Assembly: GCF_029504745.1 (NCBI RefSeq)
Contig: NZ_JAQFIQ010000046.1
Coordinates: forward strand, 1-18,575
Direction of reading: 5' to 3'
Length of the DNA: 18,575 bases
From: Breznakia sp. PF5-3
GTDB lineage: Bacteria; Bacillota_I; Bacilli_A; Erysipelotrichales; Erysipelotrichaceae
Below, in pieces: positions 8,876 to 16,885 of the stretch. A program made the position numbers and the translations under genes. Each line of letters starts with the position of its first letter. The stretch's first letter is position 1. The notes beneath the pieces are model-generated. The model saw nothing but the letters and a program-made list of their open reading frames with translations. It made no database searches and had not been told where the DNA came from.

Positions 8876-8913
8876 AAACAGTACTAACTTTGTCTATTTT
8901 GTTAGTACTGTTT
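8876..8913 (-). terminator. Rho-independent terminator closing the minus-strand toxin/immunity array (possibly bidirectional)
   Basis: Perfect 13-bp inverted repeat AAACAGTACTAAC / GTTAGTACTGTTT with a 12-nt loop. On the minus strand the stem runs into TTTTTAT. It lies 126 nt downstream of the stop at 9040 and 140 nt downstream of the plus-strand ORF ending at 8735. Confidence 0.6.
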
Positions 8914-9039
8914 CTTATGTATTGCTTGTATTTAGTTAGTAGGGTTATTAGTATCGTGTTGTATTACAGGTTATTACTATTACGTTTATACCTCCTATGC
9001 ATTAACACTATACTTCCTATCTCCGCGCATGTACTGATT

Positions 9040-9492
9040 TTAAATATTTCTCGCTTCTGGTATACTATCTCTAAAATTCTGAATGAAATCCTTTTGATTT
9101 GAAAATACTTTAACAAATGAAGAGTCTTCTGAAATTATTTCAATGATACTCAAAGAAGGAAAGTATTTTTCTGTTTTATAAGTTGGAAGTTGATTTTTCA
9201 ATACATCTTCTAATGAAGTAGTTAAAGGAAACGCTATGATTATTCCCCAAATAAATTGAAGGGTTTCATTTTGAATTAATTCGTTAAAATCTTTTCCTGT
9301 TAACCATATGTAATCATGTCTTTTATTTTCCAATTCCTCAGTTGGATAATAATTACATTCATACTGTGTAATCAACCAATTATATTGACTTGTATTTATT
9401 TTACATGCTTCAACTATAACATTTAAATCAGTGTAATATATTTTTGAATTATTATAATAAATGTCTCTTCCTTGTAAAATTGCTCCATCCAT
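9040..9492 (-). CDS. Putative cytoplasmic immunity protein of the orphan toxin tip at 9504-10061
   Basis: 150-aa ORF starting 11 nt after the toxin stop, with AAGGAGA 6 nt upstream of the ATG. No signal peptide. The assignment is by position immediately 3' of a polymorphic-toxin C-terminal domain. Confidence 0.6.
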   Translation of the reverse strand: MDGAILQGRDIYYNNSKIYYTDLNVIVEACKINTSQYNWLITQYECNYYPTEELENKRHDYIWLTGKDFNELIQNETLQFIWGIIIAFPLTTSLEDVLKNQLPTYKTEKYFPSLSIIEIISEDSSFVKVFSNQKDFIQNFRDSIPEARNI

Positions 9493-9503
9493 TCTTATTC
9501 TCC

Positions 9504-10061
9504 TTATTTTCTAACTGGTGTTCCATTAATCCATTCCCAATAATGTTCATGTGGGAAGGTATGTGTACCAGAACCATTTCCATGTAAGAAATCAATATCC
9601 TTAATCATATTACCATTACTATCATAAAATCTTCTTTGCCACAATTCACCATTCACATACAAATCTTGGCTAGAATTTGGTGTAGAAGTTTTTGGTAAAT
9701 CCCCACTTCTACCATTTACATTTTTATGATTTGACATCTTATCTGATTGGCTACCCCATTTATCACCCGAACCCTATCCATTATTTATTGGTAGTCCCAT
9801 AAGTGCGAAAGAACCAGTGCTTATTCCTACACTTGTTAAAAATAAGATTTCATCAAAGTTTGTTATGTCTTCTCCTGCTATTATTTTAGCACCCAGTGCT
9901 ATTTGAGTTGCTTGTGCTGTTATTGCTGCATTTTGTGCCGCTGTAACTCCTGCTGGAGTAATTGTTAGCATACCTCCTCCAGCTAATCTAACTCCTCCTA
10001 TTGCGAGATTATAAAATATCCTCCTGCAGTTGTTATCAATCTGTATGAATTTTAATATACT
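9504..10061 (-). pseudogene. Orphan Rhs C-terminal toxin tip interrupted by an in-frame TAG
   Basis: It starts with a short Rhs core-end homology (SILKFIQIDNN, 10023-10061, compare SIGNFIQIDNNYAG at 18530-18575). Next comes an Ala/Gly-rich hydrophobic segment, then ...LPINNG*GSGDKWG... with TAG at 9774-9776. It ends in a His-rich tail: LYVNGELWQRRFYDSNGNMIKDIDFLHGNGSGTHTFPHEHYWEWINGTPVRK. There is no start codon at the homology boundary. Confidence 0.65.
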
Positions 10062-10082
10062 TAATCTATAAATAGATCTTAA

Positions 10083-11102
10083 CTATTTACTAAAATATTC
10101 AGATATCTTAATATCGTTAATTTCTTTTCCATCTTCTGAGATTTCATATAATTCCTTTTCAGAATAAAATTTAATCTCTTTATTAACATTATAAATTGCA
10201 TAAAGCACTTCTGTTTTAACTGATGATGAAATATCTAATCCATCCTTATTATATAACTGCTTTAATTGTTCATAAATAAACTTTGATGTCTCATAATCAT
10301 TTATCGAACTCTCATCAGTTCTAACATTTGGTATGTATGCATTCAATATTCTAGTTTCTTCTTTTAAAATCTCATTTCCTTTTTTGGATTCATTCAAAGT
10401 TTTTGTAAAAACCGATAACTTATCTCTGTACATTTCCAAATCATAATAATATATATTCCTAATATACTGAACCCATTGATTTAACTCAGAAAAGAAAATT
10501 GATTCATAATCATCAAACTTATATTTTTTTATTGCTTCTTCTAATTTTGACTTAGGCTCATATAACTTAATTAGTGACTCTTTTATAGCTACTAAATCAA
10601 ATTTTTCTGATTTATTATTATAAAATATTTCTATTTCAACTTTACTTAAATCATACTGTTCTTTTTTTGCGTACTTCCATGACTCATCAAAATCCATTAA
10701 TCCTATATTATTATATTTTACAGGTTTCCCATTTTTCAAATTAAAAAGTTCTATATTTTCTTTCTCTAAAGACACTTTCTTACATTCATTTTTATTATTT
10801 TCACAAAAACTAATTATTATTTTATCAATCTTATAATATGTTGTTCCTTTTATTACTATTTCAAAATTGCTTAATGATTGGTCATATTGATTGTAGAATA
10901 CATATTTTATATCGAAAATTTCTCCACTTGAAATCAATTCTGGGGATTTATTGTAAAATCTTTCAATTTGTTTTTCTTCATAGTCTGTCATTTTATCAAT
11001 GTTTATTTCACTTTTCTTATCTGTAACAAAATTAACCAGTGAAACACTAAGAATTATTACAGATACGATTAATATACTTACTAATAGTGCCTTTTTTTTC
11101 AT
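10083..11102 (-). CDS. Membrane-anchored extracytoplasmic protein, paralog A (putative immunity protein)
   Basis: 339 aa with an N-terminal MKKKALLVSILIVSVIILSVSLVNFV anchor and GAGGAG 6 nt upstream. It is clearly paralogous to 11648-12679 (for example ERFYNKSPELISSGEIFDIKYVFYNQYD versus EVFYDKSPNLISYGENFDVKYVFYNVYD). It lies downstream of a toxin-tip fragment. Confidence 0.65.
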   Translation of the reverse strand: MKKKALLVSILIVSVIILSVSLVNFVTDKKSEINIDKMTDYEEKQIERFYNKSPELISSGEIFDIKYVFYNQYDQSLSNFEIVIKGTTYYKIDKIIISFCENNKNECKKVSLEKENIELFNLKNGKPVKYNNIGLMDFDESWKYAKKEQYDLSKVEIEIFYNNKSEKFDLVAIKESLIKLYEPKSKLEEAIKKYKFDDYESIFFSELNQWVQYIRNIYYYDLEMYRDKLSVFTKTLNESKKGNEILKEETRILNAYIPNVRTDESSINDYETSKFIYEQLKQLYNKDGLDISSSVKTEVLYAIYNVNKEIKFYSEKELYEISEDGKEINDIKISEYFSK

Positions 11103-11345
11103 TTCTTTCTCCTCGCATAATAATTTTAAAAATATGAATTGCTTATTTTTTGTGTGCTGATATTAATCTTAGTTTTTACTATTCAAACATTTATTATGAG
11201 CATTGACTTAAAGCATTTAACAAAACCTGTAAACTCCCTGCATATGAGTATTCGTCTTTTATTTCGATAACTATTTCCTTTATAAATAGTCTTTTTTTGT
11301 AAATGGTTATTTTAAATTTTCTCTAGTTGATCCATTTCCAAAAAA

Positions 11346-11591
11346 TTATACTATTGCTACATATTTTCCAATTTGCTCGTCTTTACTTGAATCTCTTGCA
11401 TAACTGATAAAATTTGTATTTCCATAATAGCTATTCTTTGCTGAATGATATTTCCTTACTGCTACCATTATCATTGAATTCACGCTACTCCATAAAGGAT
11501 CTCTTTCTTGATGTACAGGTGAATCCCCTTTTCTAACATTAATAATCCATGTACTTTGTTTACGAATACTTAACCCTGCATTATCAGTTAT
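11346..11591 (-). pseudogene. 5'-truncated orphan toxin-tip fragment, paralog of 12694-12900
   Basis: 81 open codons with no start, preceded by ATG-AAC-TAA: ITDNAGLSIRKQSTWIINVRKGDSPVHQERDPLWSSVNSMIMVAVRKYHSAKNSYYGNTNFISYARDSSKDEQIGKYVAIV*. By eye it aligns with ...AGKILD(K)ELLTKNVRNDDPSLYSAVDDLWNSTDGLVTYAIRLYYDSKNSLFGFNYLSYKNHNSAKDKLVKYYNAVI*. Confidence 0.5.
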
Positions 11592-11647
11592 TTAGTTCAT
11601 AATCTATCATTAGCGCTAACCCTTCTTTGATAGTATTATTCTATCAT

Positions 11648-12679
11648 TCATTTTTTAAAATATTCATTAATGTTTTCATCCCATTCTTCTCCATTGACAA
11701 TAGAATTCAGTTTTCCTGCATTATACAATTTCATACTATCATTACATTTATTAATTACGTGTATCAATTTAGATTTAACTGATGAAGATAAATAATCAGT
11801 TTTTTCATAATACAATTTTTTTAAATTCCTATATATTTCATTAGCCGTTTCTACATTCTCAATTTCTGTATCTCCGTATGATGGCCAAAAAGCATTTGGT
11901 ATAATAGTATTGTCTGATAAAATTTCTTTTTTATATTTCGATTCTACTATTGTTGTAGTGAAATCGGTTAATTCTTTCAAATATAATGAACTATCAAAAT
12001 AATATAGATTATGTAAATATTCACTCCATTCATTAATACCTTTATTATACATCTTTCCATTTTCTTTAGAATATGAACCAACTACCTCATATATAGTTTT
12101 TGAAGGTTTGTATAAATTAATCATTTCATTTTTATTAAATTTTAAATTCAATTTTTCTACCAAACCATCATAATAGATTTCAACTTCAACCGATTCTATA
12201 TTAATAGTTTTATTTTTTCGTTTTGAATATTCAAAATTATTATCAACATCGCTAAAACTGAAGCTATTATATCTTATAGGTACTTTTTTATTGTAATCAA
12301 ACAGTCTGATTTGTGAATTTTCTACATCTCTTGATATACAATTGTTTGAAGTGTCATATTCACAAAATTTTAATTTTATTTTCTCAATATCTATAAATTT
12401 ATCCCCTTTCATTACGACGTCAAATGAACTTGTCATGGGGTCATAAACATTATAAAATACATATTTCACATCAAAATTTTCTCCATAAGAAATCAGATTA
12501 GGAGATTTATCATAAAAAACTTCTATATTCTTCTTTTCAATATTACTCATCATAGAGTCATCTATACTTTTTGAGGTGCTATTTATCCACAAATTTACAC
12601 CTGCAAATATAACTATTGCAAGAAGCACTATTATAAATAGTACTTCTTTTCTCCCAAAATTTAATTTCTTTTTTCTCAT
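11648..12679 (-). CDS. Membrane-anchored extracytoplasmic protein, paralog B (putative immunity protein)
   Basis: 343 aa with an N-terminal anchor LFIIVLLAIVIFAGVNLW. It starts 14 nt after the stop of the toxin tip at 12694, with GGAGGA upstream. Paralog of 10083-11102. Confidence 0.65.
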   Translation of the reverse strand: MRKKKLNFGRKEVLFIIVLLAIVIFAGVNLWINSTSKSIDDSMMSNIEKKNIEVFYDKSPNLISYGENFDVKYVFYNVYDPMTSSFDVVMKGDKFIDIEKIKLKFCEYDTSNNCISRDVENSQIRLFDYNKKVPIRYNSFSFSDVDNNFEYSKRKNKTINIESVEVEIYYDGLVEKLNLKFNKNEMINLYKPSKTIYEVVGSYSKENGKMYNKGINEWSEYLHNLYYFDSSLYLKELTDFTTTIVESKYKKEILSDNTIIPNAFWPSYGDTEIENVETANEIYRNLKKLYYEKTDYLSSSVKSKLIHVINKCNDSMKLYNAGKLNSIVNGEEWDENINEYFKK

Positions 12680-12693
12680 AAATCCTCCATTAT

Positions 12694-13175
12694 TTATATA
12701 ACAGCATTATAATATTTAACTAATTTATCCTTAGCTGAATTATGATTTTTATAGGATAAATAATTAAACCCAAAAAGACTATTTTTTGAATCATAATATA
12801 ATCTTATTGCATATGTTACTAATCCATCCGTGCTATTCCAAAGGTCATCAACCGCACTATATAATGATGGATCATCATTTCTCACATTCTTTGTTAACAA
12901 TTCTTTAATCTAATATTTTTCCCGCCTTGATCTGTAGCAATTTTATACACTGAGTCAAAAGAAAAAGAGGAAAGTTTAATTTTTCTTCGAATGCCACCTT
13001 TGATAAATGAGCCCATTTCCTAGCAAAATTTTCTGCCCATAATTTCCCATCCCTATCTACGTACTTATAAGGGTAGGATAAGGTGTAGTTATACCGATTC
13101 TGTGTTCCTACATCTTCTTTCTCTCCTGCATAGTTGTTATCTATCTGTATGAAGTTTCCTATACTTGGATTATAA
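12694..13175 (-). pseudogene. Orphan Rhs C-terminal toxin tip with a frameshift
   Basis: 13044-13175 is near-identical to the main-gene core end at 18444-18575 (YNPSIGNFIQIDNNYAGEKEDVGTQNRYNYTLSYPYKYVDRDG). The tip follows: KLWAENFARKWAHLSKVAFEEKLNFPLFLLTQCIKLLQIKAGKILD*. The frame breaks around 12903-12910 (GATTAAAG), and removing one T restores ...ILDKELLTKNVRNDD..., as supported by the paralog at 11346-11591. There is no start codon. Confidence 0.65.
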
Positions 13176-13278
13176 GTGAATAATAGAAATAGATTTATTT
13201 CATTAATCCTTTATTTTATAGCATTAAAAATGCTGTGATTATTTTTATACTATTTATTACCCAAAATAAGTCTATATT

Positions 13279-14235
13279 TTAACATCCATCCCCTGACAAA
13301 CTTATATATCTACAAATTTCCACATCATTATTATTTTCAAAAATCACCATATTTGTTTCTCTAATAAAATCCATATTGTTTATTGGAATCCTCCCTTTAT
13401 AGGTGTCAACAATATCAAGTGTATCAGGATTAATAATATTTATTTTACCAAGTACCTCATATTTATCAATAACCTTAAAATTATTTAATGATATAATTTT
13501 TATTTCCCCATCTATCTCATACATTAAATAATTACTTTTTTCATTTATTACAAAATCAATTGGCGTTGTTCTATCTATTGTTTTATCAAAATAAACTATT
13601 TTCATATTATTTCTAATTGATATATGTTTTTCCCCAGAAATAACTAGGTATTTCAAAGACTTGTAATACTTGAAAATGTCATCATTAGAACTAAAAACAT
13701 CTAATTCTACTAAATCATTTTGTGCCAAATAAAATGATTTAGTCATAAATTTTTTTGACTTCATTGGCAATTCAGTTGTTACAATAAAATAAGTCTTTTC
13801 CGTATTCAATCTACTGATTACATGTAGTTTTGAATCAAGTGATTGTTCCATAATTTTTTCTTCATCGCAGTTCCATTGTATTAATTTATTTTTATGCTTT
13901 TCACCCTCAAAATAAGAAAATTGAAGATACATTTTATTTGATACCATTGTCATAACATCCATTGTTATGCTATCTTCCATTAATTCTAATATTTTTTCTA
14001 CAGAATCATTAATAAAGTCTATTTTTAATACATAATGATTATTGAAGAATACAAATAAACAATTATCAGCTTCAGAAAAACACCCTGCAGAAGGATAATC
14101 TATTCTTAATTCATATATTTTTTCATTGTTTGAATTATAAACCCTTACATACTTGGCAACATAAAGGGCGTATAGCCCTTTACTATATGATGTTGCCAAT
14201 AAAGAAGTCCTCCTATATTTTTTAATAAGTTTCAT
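13279..14235 (-). CDS. Hypothetical cytoplasmic protein (318 aa), repetitive beta-strand-like sequence; possible immunity/accessory protein
   Basis: Long intact ORF. AAGGAG lies 7 nt upstream of the second ATG (MKLIKKYRR). No signal peptide and no motif I recognise. It sits behind the putative lipoprotein gene in the cassette headed by the Rhs tip at 14811-15078. Confidence 0.55.
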   Translation of the reverse strand: MKLIKKYRRTSLLATSYSKGLYALYVAKYVRVYNSNNEKIYELRIDYPSAGCFSEADNCLFVFFNNHYVLKIDFINDSVEKILELMEDSITMDVMTMVSNKMYLQFSYFEGEKHKNKLIQWNCDEEKIMEQSLDSKLHVISRLNTEKTYFIVTTELPMKSKKFMTKSFYLAQNDLVELDVFSSNDDIFKYYKSLKYLVISGEKHISIRNNMKIVYFDKTIDRTTPIDFVINEKSNYLMYEIDGEIKIISLNNFKVIDKYEVLGKINIINPDTLDIVDTYKGRIPINNMDFIRETNMVIFENNNDVEICRYISLSGDGC

Positions 14236-14284
14236 TTGCATTCTCCTTTACTACCTTTATTTTTTTAATATACTATTAATATAT

Positions 14285-14806
14285 TTAATCACTTATTAGA
14301 TTATATTTAATATTATTTTCGTCGAATTTTTGATTCTCAAATAATTGCATACTCCAAACAATATAATGCCTATTTTCTCCATCAATTTTTAGTGTGATTG
14401 ACTTATACTGGAAAAATCTCACATCTGCCTCATATTCGACTGTTCCTTTACCAACTATTACTCCAAAATATTGGCTTTCTTTTGATTCTCCTGGAACTTT
14501 AAAATATTTAATGTCATCATTAAGAATGTATCCGCCCTTCACATATCCTCCTTTAGAAATTTTTGACAAATAGAAAATATGATATGTATCTCTTGTATCT
14601 TCAACTATAGCTATATAAAAGTTTTTATATTTTATTTTAAGCTTTGTGTTTTTATATTCTGGTCTAATCCCATCAGAAGGAGGAGTATCATCTGAGTCAA
14701 AATACTTCTCAATTATATTTACTGAATTTTCATTATCTTCAAAGATAACACACCTTATGCATCCAAAGATGATAATCAAAGACAAAAAAGCAATTATTTT
14801 TTTCAT
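14285..14806 (-). CDS. Putative secreted protein or lipoprotein (173 aa)
   Basis: MKKIIAFLSLIIIFGCIRC has a signal-peptide shape with a lipobox-like IFGC. AAAGGA lies 8 nt upstream. The ATG lies 4 nt after the frame-corrected stop of the toxin-less Rhs tip. Confidence 0.6.
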   Translation of the reverse strand: MKKIIAFLSLIIIFGCIRCVIFEDNENSVNIIEKYFDSDDTPPSDGIRPEYKNTKLKIKYKNFYIAIVEDTRDTYHIFYLSKISKGGYVKGGYILNDDIKYFKVPGESKESQYFGVIVGKGTVEYEADVRFFQYKSITLKIDGENRHYIVWSMQLFENQKFDENNIKYNLISD

Positions 14807-14810
14807 TTTT

Positions 14811-15078
14811 TACATCCTTTCAATTAAAGAGTTAACCACTTGCTTTTGCTGATTTGCTTTCTTTGCATTGGCTGTGGCTTTTTTTGGACATTGCATTTAC
14901 ACCAGATAATAGTGATAATCTAAGCTTCGGTTTCTTTGCCTTATTCCCATCCCTATCTACATACTTATAAGAGCTAGATAAGATGTAGTTATATCTGTTT
15001 TGTGTTGCAATATCTTCCTTCCCATCAGCATAGTTATTATCAATCTATATGAAGTTTCCTATACTTGGATTATAATAA
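14811..15078 (-). pseudogene. Orphan Rhs core-end plus tip linker, lacking a toxin domain, with a nonsense codon and a homopolymer frameshift
   Basis: 14871-15078 is homologous to 18385-18575 (roughly four-fifths identical by eye). It reads NYYNPSIGNFI*IDNNYADGKEDIATQNRYNYILSSSYKYVDRDGNKAKKPKLRLSLLSGVNAMSKK..., with TAG at 15045-15047. The T run at 14879-14885 is 7 long versus 6 at 18390-18395 in the main gene. After correction only about 20 more codons follow before the stop. Confidence 0.6.
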
Positions 15079-15246
15079 TTAAAAAGTAGTAGACTATTTT
15101 TAATTATTATTTCAAAATTCTAATTTACATTCATATAGTCCAGTTGACTCCACACAATCACCAATTTTTCTATACTAATTGTAAAATCTCAATAATTATC
15201 TTTTACTTTACAATCAGAATATCCATATTATTTTCTTTCGTTATTT

Positions 15247-15603
15247 TTATACTTCCTCATTCCTTTGTATAAGCTTTCTTTTGCTAAAATTCAAATATGT
15301 TATTGTAAGAGCTGGCAAAGCTATTATAAAATTATCAAAATTTCTATTTGCTATCAACACTATCATATTTGCTATTGTTATTATCCATAAAGGGACAAGC
15401 AAAAAATATGCTGTTTTCTGCTTCCATGATGCTGTGTTGTTGAAACTCCCTAATTCAGTTAACAGATAAAAAACACCTAGTAAAAGTATGGTATTTCCAA
15501 TTGAAAAAGCAAGAACTTTTATAATTTCAATTATTCCTATTGGGTTACAATATATTACACTAATTCCTAATAATAATATATACAATCCTATTATTTTTAT
15601 CAT
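15247..15603 (-). CDS. Small polytopic membrane protein (3-4 TM), putative immunity to a membrane-acting toxin
   Basis: 118 aa from the ATG at 15603 (MIKIIGLYILLLG...), with GGAGGA 7 nt upstream. There are hydrophobic stretches IKIIGLYILLLGISVIY, VLAFSIGNTILLLGVFYLL, AYFLLVPLWIITIANMIVLIA and FIIALPALTITYL. The start is 1 nt after the stop of the toxin remnant. Confidence 0.65.
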   Translation of the reverse strand: MIKIIGLYILLLGISVIYCNPIGIIEIIKVLAFSIGNTILLLGVFYLLTELGSFNNTASWKQKTAYFLLVPLWIITIANMIVLIANRNFDNFIIALPALTITYLNFSKRKLIQRNEEV

Positions 15604-15604
15604 C

Positions 15605-15688
15605 TTATATTCCTCCAATTAACACTATTTTTCCAACTGCACCTAGTCCAATTCCAGTCTTCCAAACTGCTTCAATTGTTGTATAACT
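15605..15688 (-). pseudogene. Remnant of a toxin C-terminus ending in a glycine-zipper-like hydrophobic segment
   Basis: 27 open codons with no start: SFDFSYTTIEAVWKTGIGLGAVGKIVLIGGI*. It is tightly abutted to the membrane-protein gene in the usual toxin-immunity arrangement. It is too short for a family assignment. Confidence 0.3.
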
Positions 15689-15769
15689 AAAATCAAATGA
15701 TCAACCCACATCAACACCTAATCATATAAATCCCCCTAGATAAATAGTCAAAAGGTGATAATGACAGTG

Positions 15770-15804
15770 ATATTGGCACTTTCCTACAGAAAAGTGCCCA
15801 ATAT
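15770..15804 (-). repeat. Cassette-boundary hairpin, copy B
   Basis: Plus strand ATATTGGCAC-TTTCCTACAGAAAA-GTGCCCAATAT (one bulged base). It lies 10 nt after the stop of the immunity ORF 15815-16273, and the spacer begins TTAATT as in copy A. Confidence 0.6.
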
Positions 15805-15814
15805 TTAATTATTC

Positions 15815-16273
15815 TTACATCCCATCATCATAAGGGTTTCTAGTTAAAATTTCTGCTATCTCTTTTTTCCCCATTTGATAATATACTTCATCAATAGATG
15901 ATAAGATTTCTAGTCTTTTTTCAAAAGACCATCTTCTCCAGTCACCAGAAAAATCTTTTACTATATATACTGGTGGTGTAGACAACCTAAATGCAATATC
16001 CCAAAAAATAGAAAAACACAATTCTGATAATGTATATGTCTTATTATCCTTATGCAGTTCTCCACAATCTCCAATACCAAGTTTATGGTAACCTGCTTCA
16101 TTTGAATAGATAATAACAAAAGGACCAAATTTATGCTTAGTTATTTGAAAATAATTTGTAAACATATAAGTTTCTTTTAAGTCATTTAATAATTCCTTTT
16201 TATATTTACTTTTATTTAATTCAGACTTTACAAAAACTTCCAATTCCTCTATATTAAATAGTTTGTCTTTCAT
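15815..16273 (-). CDS. Putative immunity protein for the TNT-like (NADase) orphan toxin
   Basis: 152-aa intact ORF. GGGAGGA lies 9 nt upstream, and the start is 17 nt after the toxin-remnant stop. Cytoplasmic. Assigned by position only. Confidence 0.65.
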   Translation of the reverse strand: MKDKLFNIEELEVFVKSELNKSKYKKELLNDLKETYMFTNYFQITKHKFGPFVIIYSNEAGYHKLGIGDCGELHKDNKTYTLSELCFSIFWDIAFRLSTPPVYIVKDFSGDWRRWSFEKRLEILSSIDEVYYQMGKKEIAEILTRNPYDDGM

Positions 16274-16290
16274 TTCTTTATTCCTCCCAC

Positions 16291-16494
16291 TTAGTAACCT
16301 AAATAATTATTGTCTAAATACCATTGAATAGGCTTTGGTAGGACATATTGTAGTCCGCCACCAGGTGACCTGGACTGTAACGTTACTGATTTTTCACTTC
16401 CTGGTACAGCACCATTATTTGGTGGATAATTCATACTTCCATCTTTATTATCCAACTTGTGTTCCCCGACCCCTGTCCAAAAAATTGATTTCAT
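16291..16494 (-). pseudogene. Internally deleted TNT-domain (NAD+ glycohydrolase-type) toxin remnant
   Basis: ...DGSMNYPPNNGAVPGSEKSVTLQ joined directly to SRSPGGGLQYVLPKPIQWYLDNNYLGY*. YPPN(D/N)G...G.e...L is the start of the TNT domain and (q)PGGG.QY.L......L...GYL is its end, so roughly 90-100 residues of catalytic core are missing. The listed ORF start (16557) lies across hairpin C and is not credible. Confidence 0.6.
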
Positions 16495-16501
16495 AATATA
16501 C

Positions 16502-16539
16502 AAAATTAGACACTTCTCTATTAAAAAGTGCCTAATTTT
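16502..16539 (-). repeat. Cassette-boundary hairpin, copy C
   Basis: Plus strand AAAATTAGACAC-TTCTCTATTAAAAA-GTGCCTAATTTT (12-bp arms, one mismatch). It lies 7 nt after the stop of the immunity ORF 16547-16885. Confidence 0.55.
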
Positions 16540-16546
16540 GTATAAA

Positions 16547-16885
16547 TTAAATGCCAAAATGAATTATATATTTTTTTTCTTTTATGGCTTCTTCAATTAG
16601 TTCTATTAGTTTTTTCACTTCACTTCTATTCTCATCTTTTATTACAACATTTAAGAATTCTAAAAGTGATTTTGGTGGAATAAGTGTTACTCCATAACGT
16701 GCCAACCCTTCATTAGGCCTATTTAAGTTATGCCAAAACGTCGGCATTTTTTTCAGGTTGGAAACCCATTCATTAACAAAATCATCTGAGATTTTTACAT
16801 AATTATATTTATCTTTATCCGTAAAACTATAATCATACTCTAATTCTAAATGATCAATTATTGCAAACTCATTATATGGTCCCAT
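16547..16885 (-). CDS. Putative immunity protein (112 aa) of the orphan toxin fragment at 16858-17121
   Basis: Intact ORF with AAGGAG 7 nt upstream of the ATG. It overlaps the end of the toxin-fragment frame by 28 nt. Cytoplasmic and acidic/basic mixed, with no motif I can name. Confidence 0.65.
   Translation of the reverse strand: MGPYNEFAIIDHLELEYDYSFTDKDKYNYVKISDDFVNEWVSNLKKMPTFWHNLNRPNEGLARYGVTLIPPKSLLEFLNVVIKDENRSEVKKLIELIEEAIKEKKYIIHFGI

Noticed and set aside
8890-9102. Plus-strand ORF of 70 aa
   Set aside because: It starts inside the terminator hairpin loop and runs antisense into the 3' end of the 9040-9492 gene. The peptide is Leu/Tyr/Ile-rich with no supporting signal.
7093-10061. 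Stop-codon reassignment or programmed read-through as an explanation for the in-frame TAG/TAA codons in the IS3 transposase and toxin tips
   Set aside because: Both TAA and TAG occur as the interrupting codons, and both terminate the intact neighbouring genes at sensible lengths. The lesions co-occur with frameshifts, truncations and deletions. Ordinary pseudogenisation is the simpler reading.
11610-11619. Perfect 10-bp palindrome TTAGCGCTAA just downstream of the 11648-12679 gene
   Set aside because: It is too short and has no loop, so it cannot serve as a terminator. It is a single occurrence and plausibly chance or a restriction-type site, with nothing to support a regulatory role.
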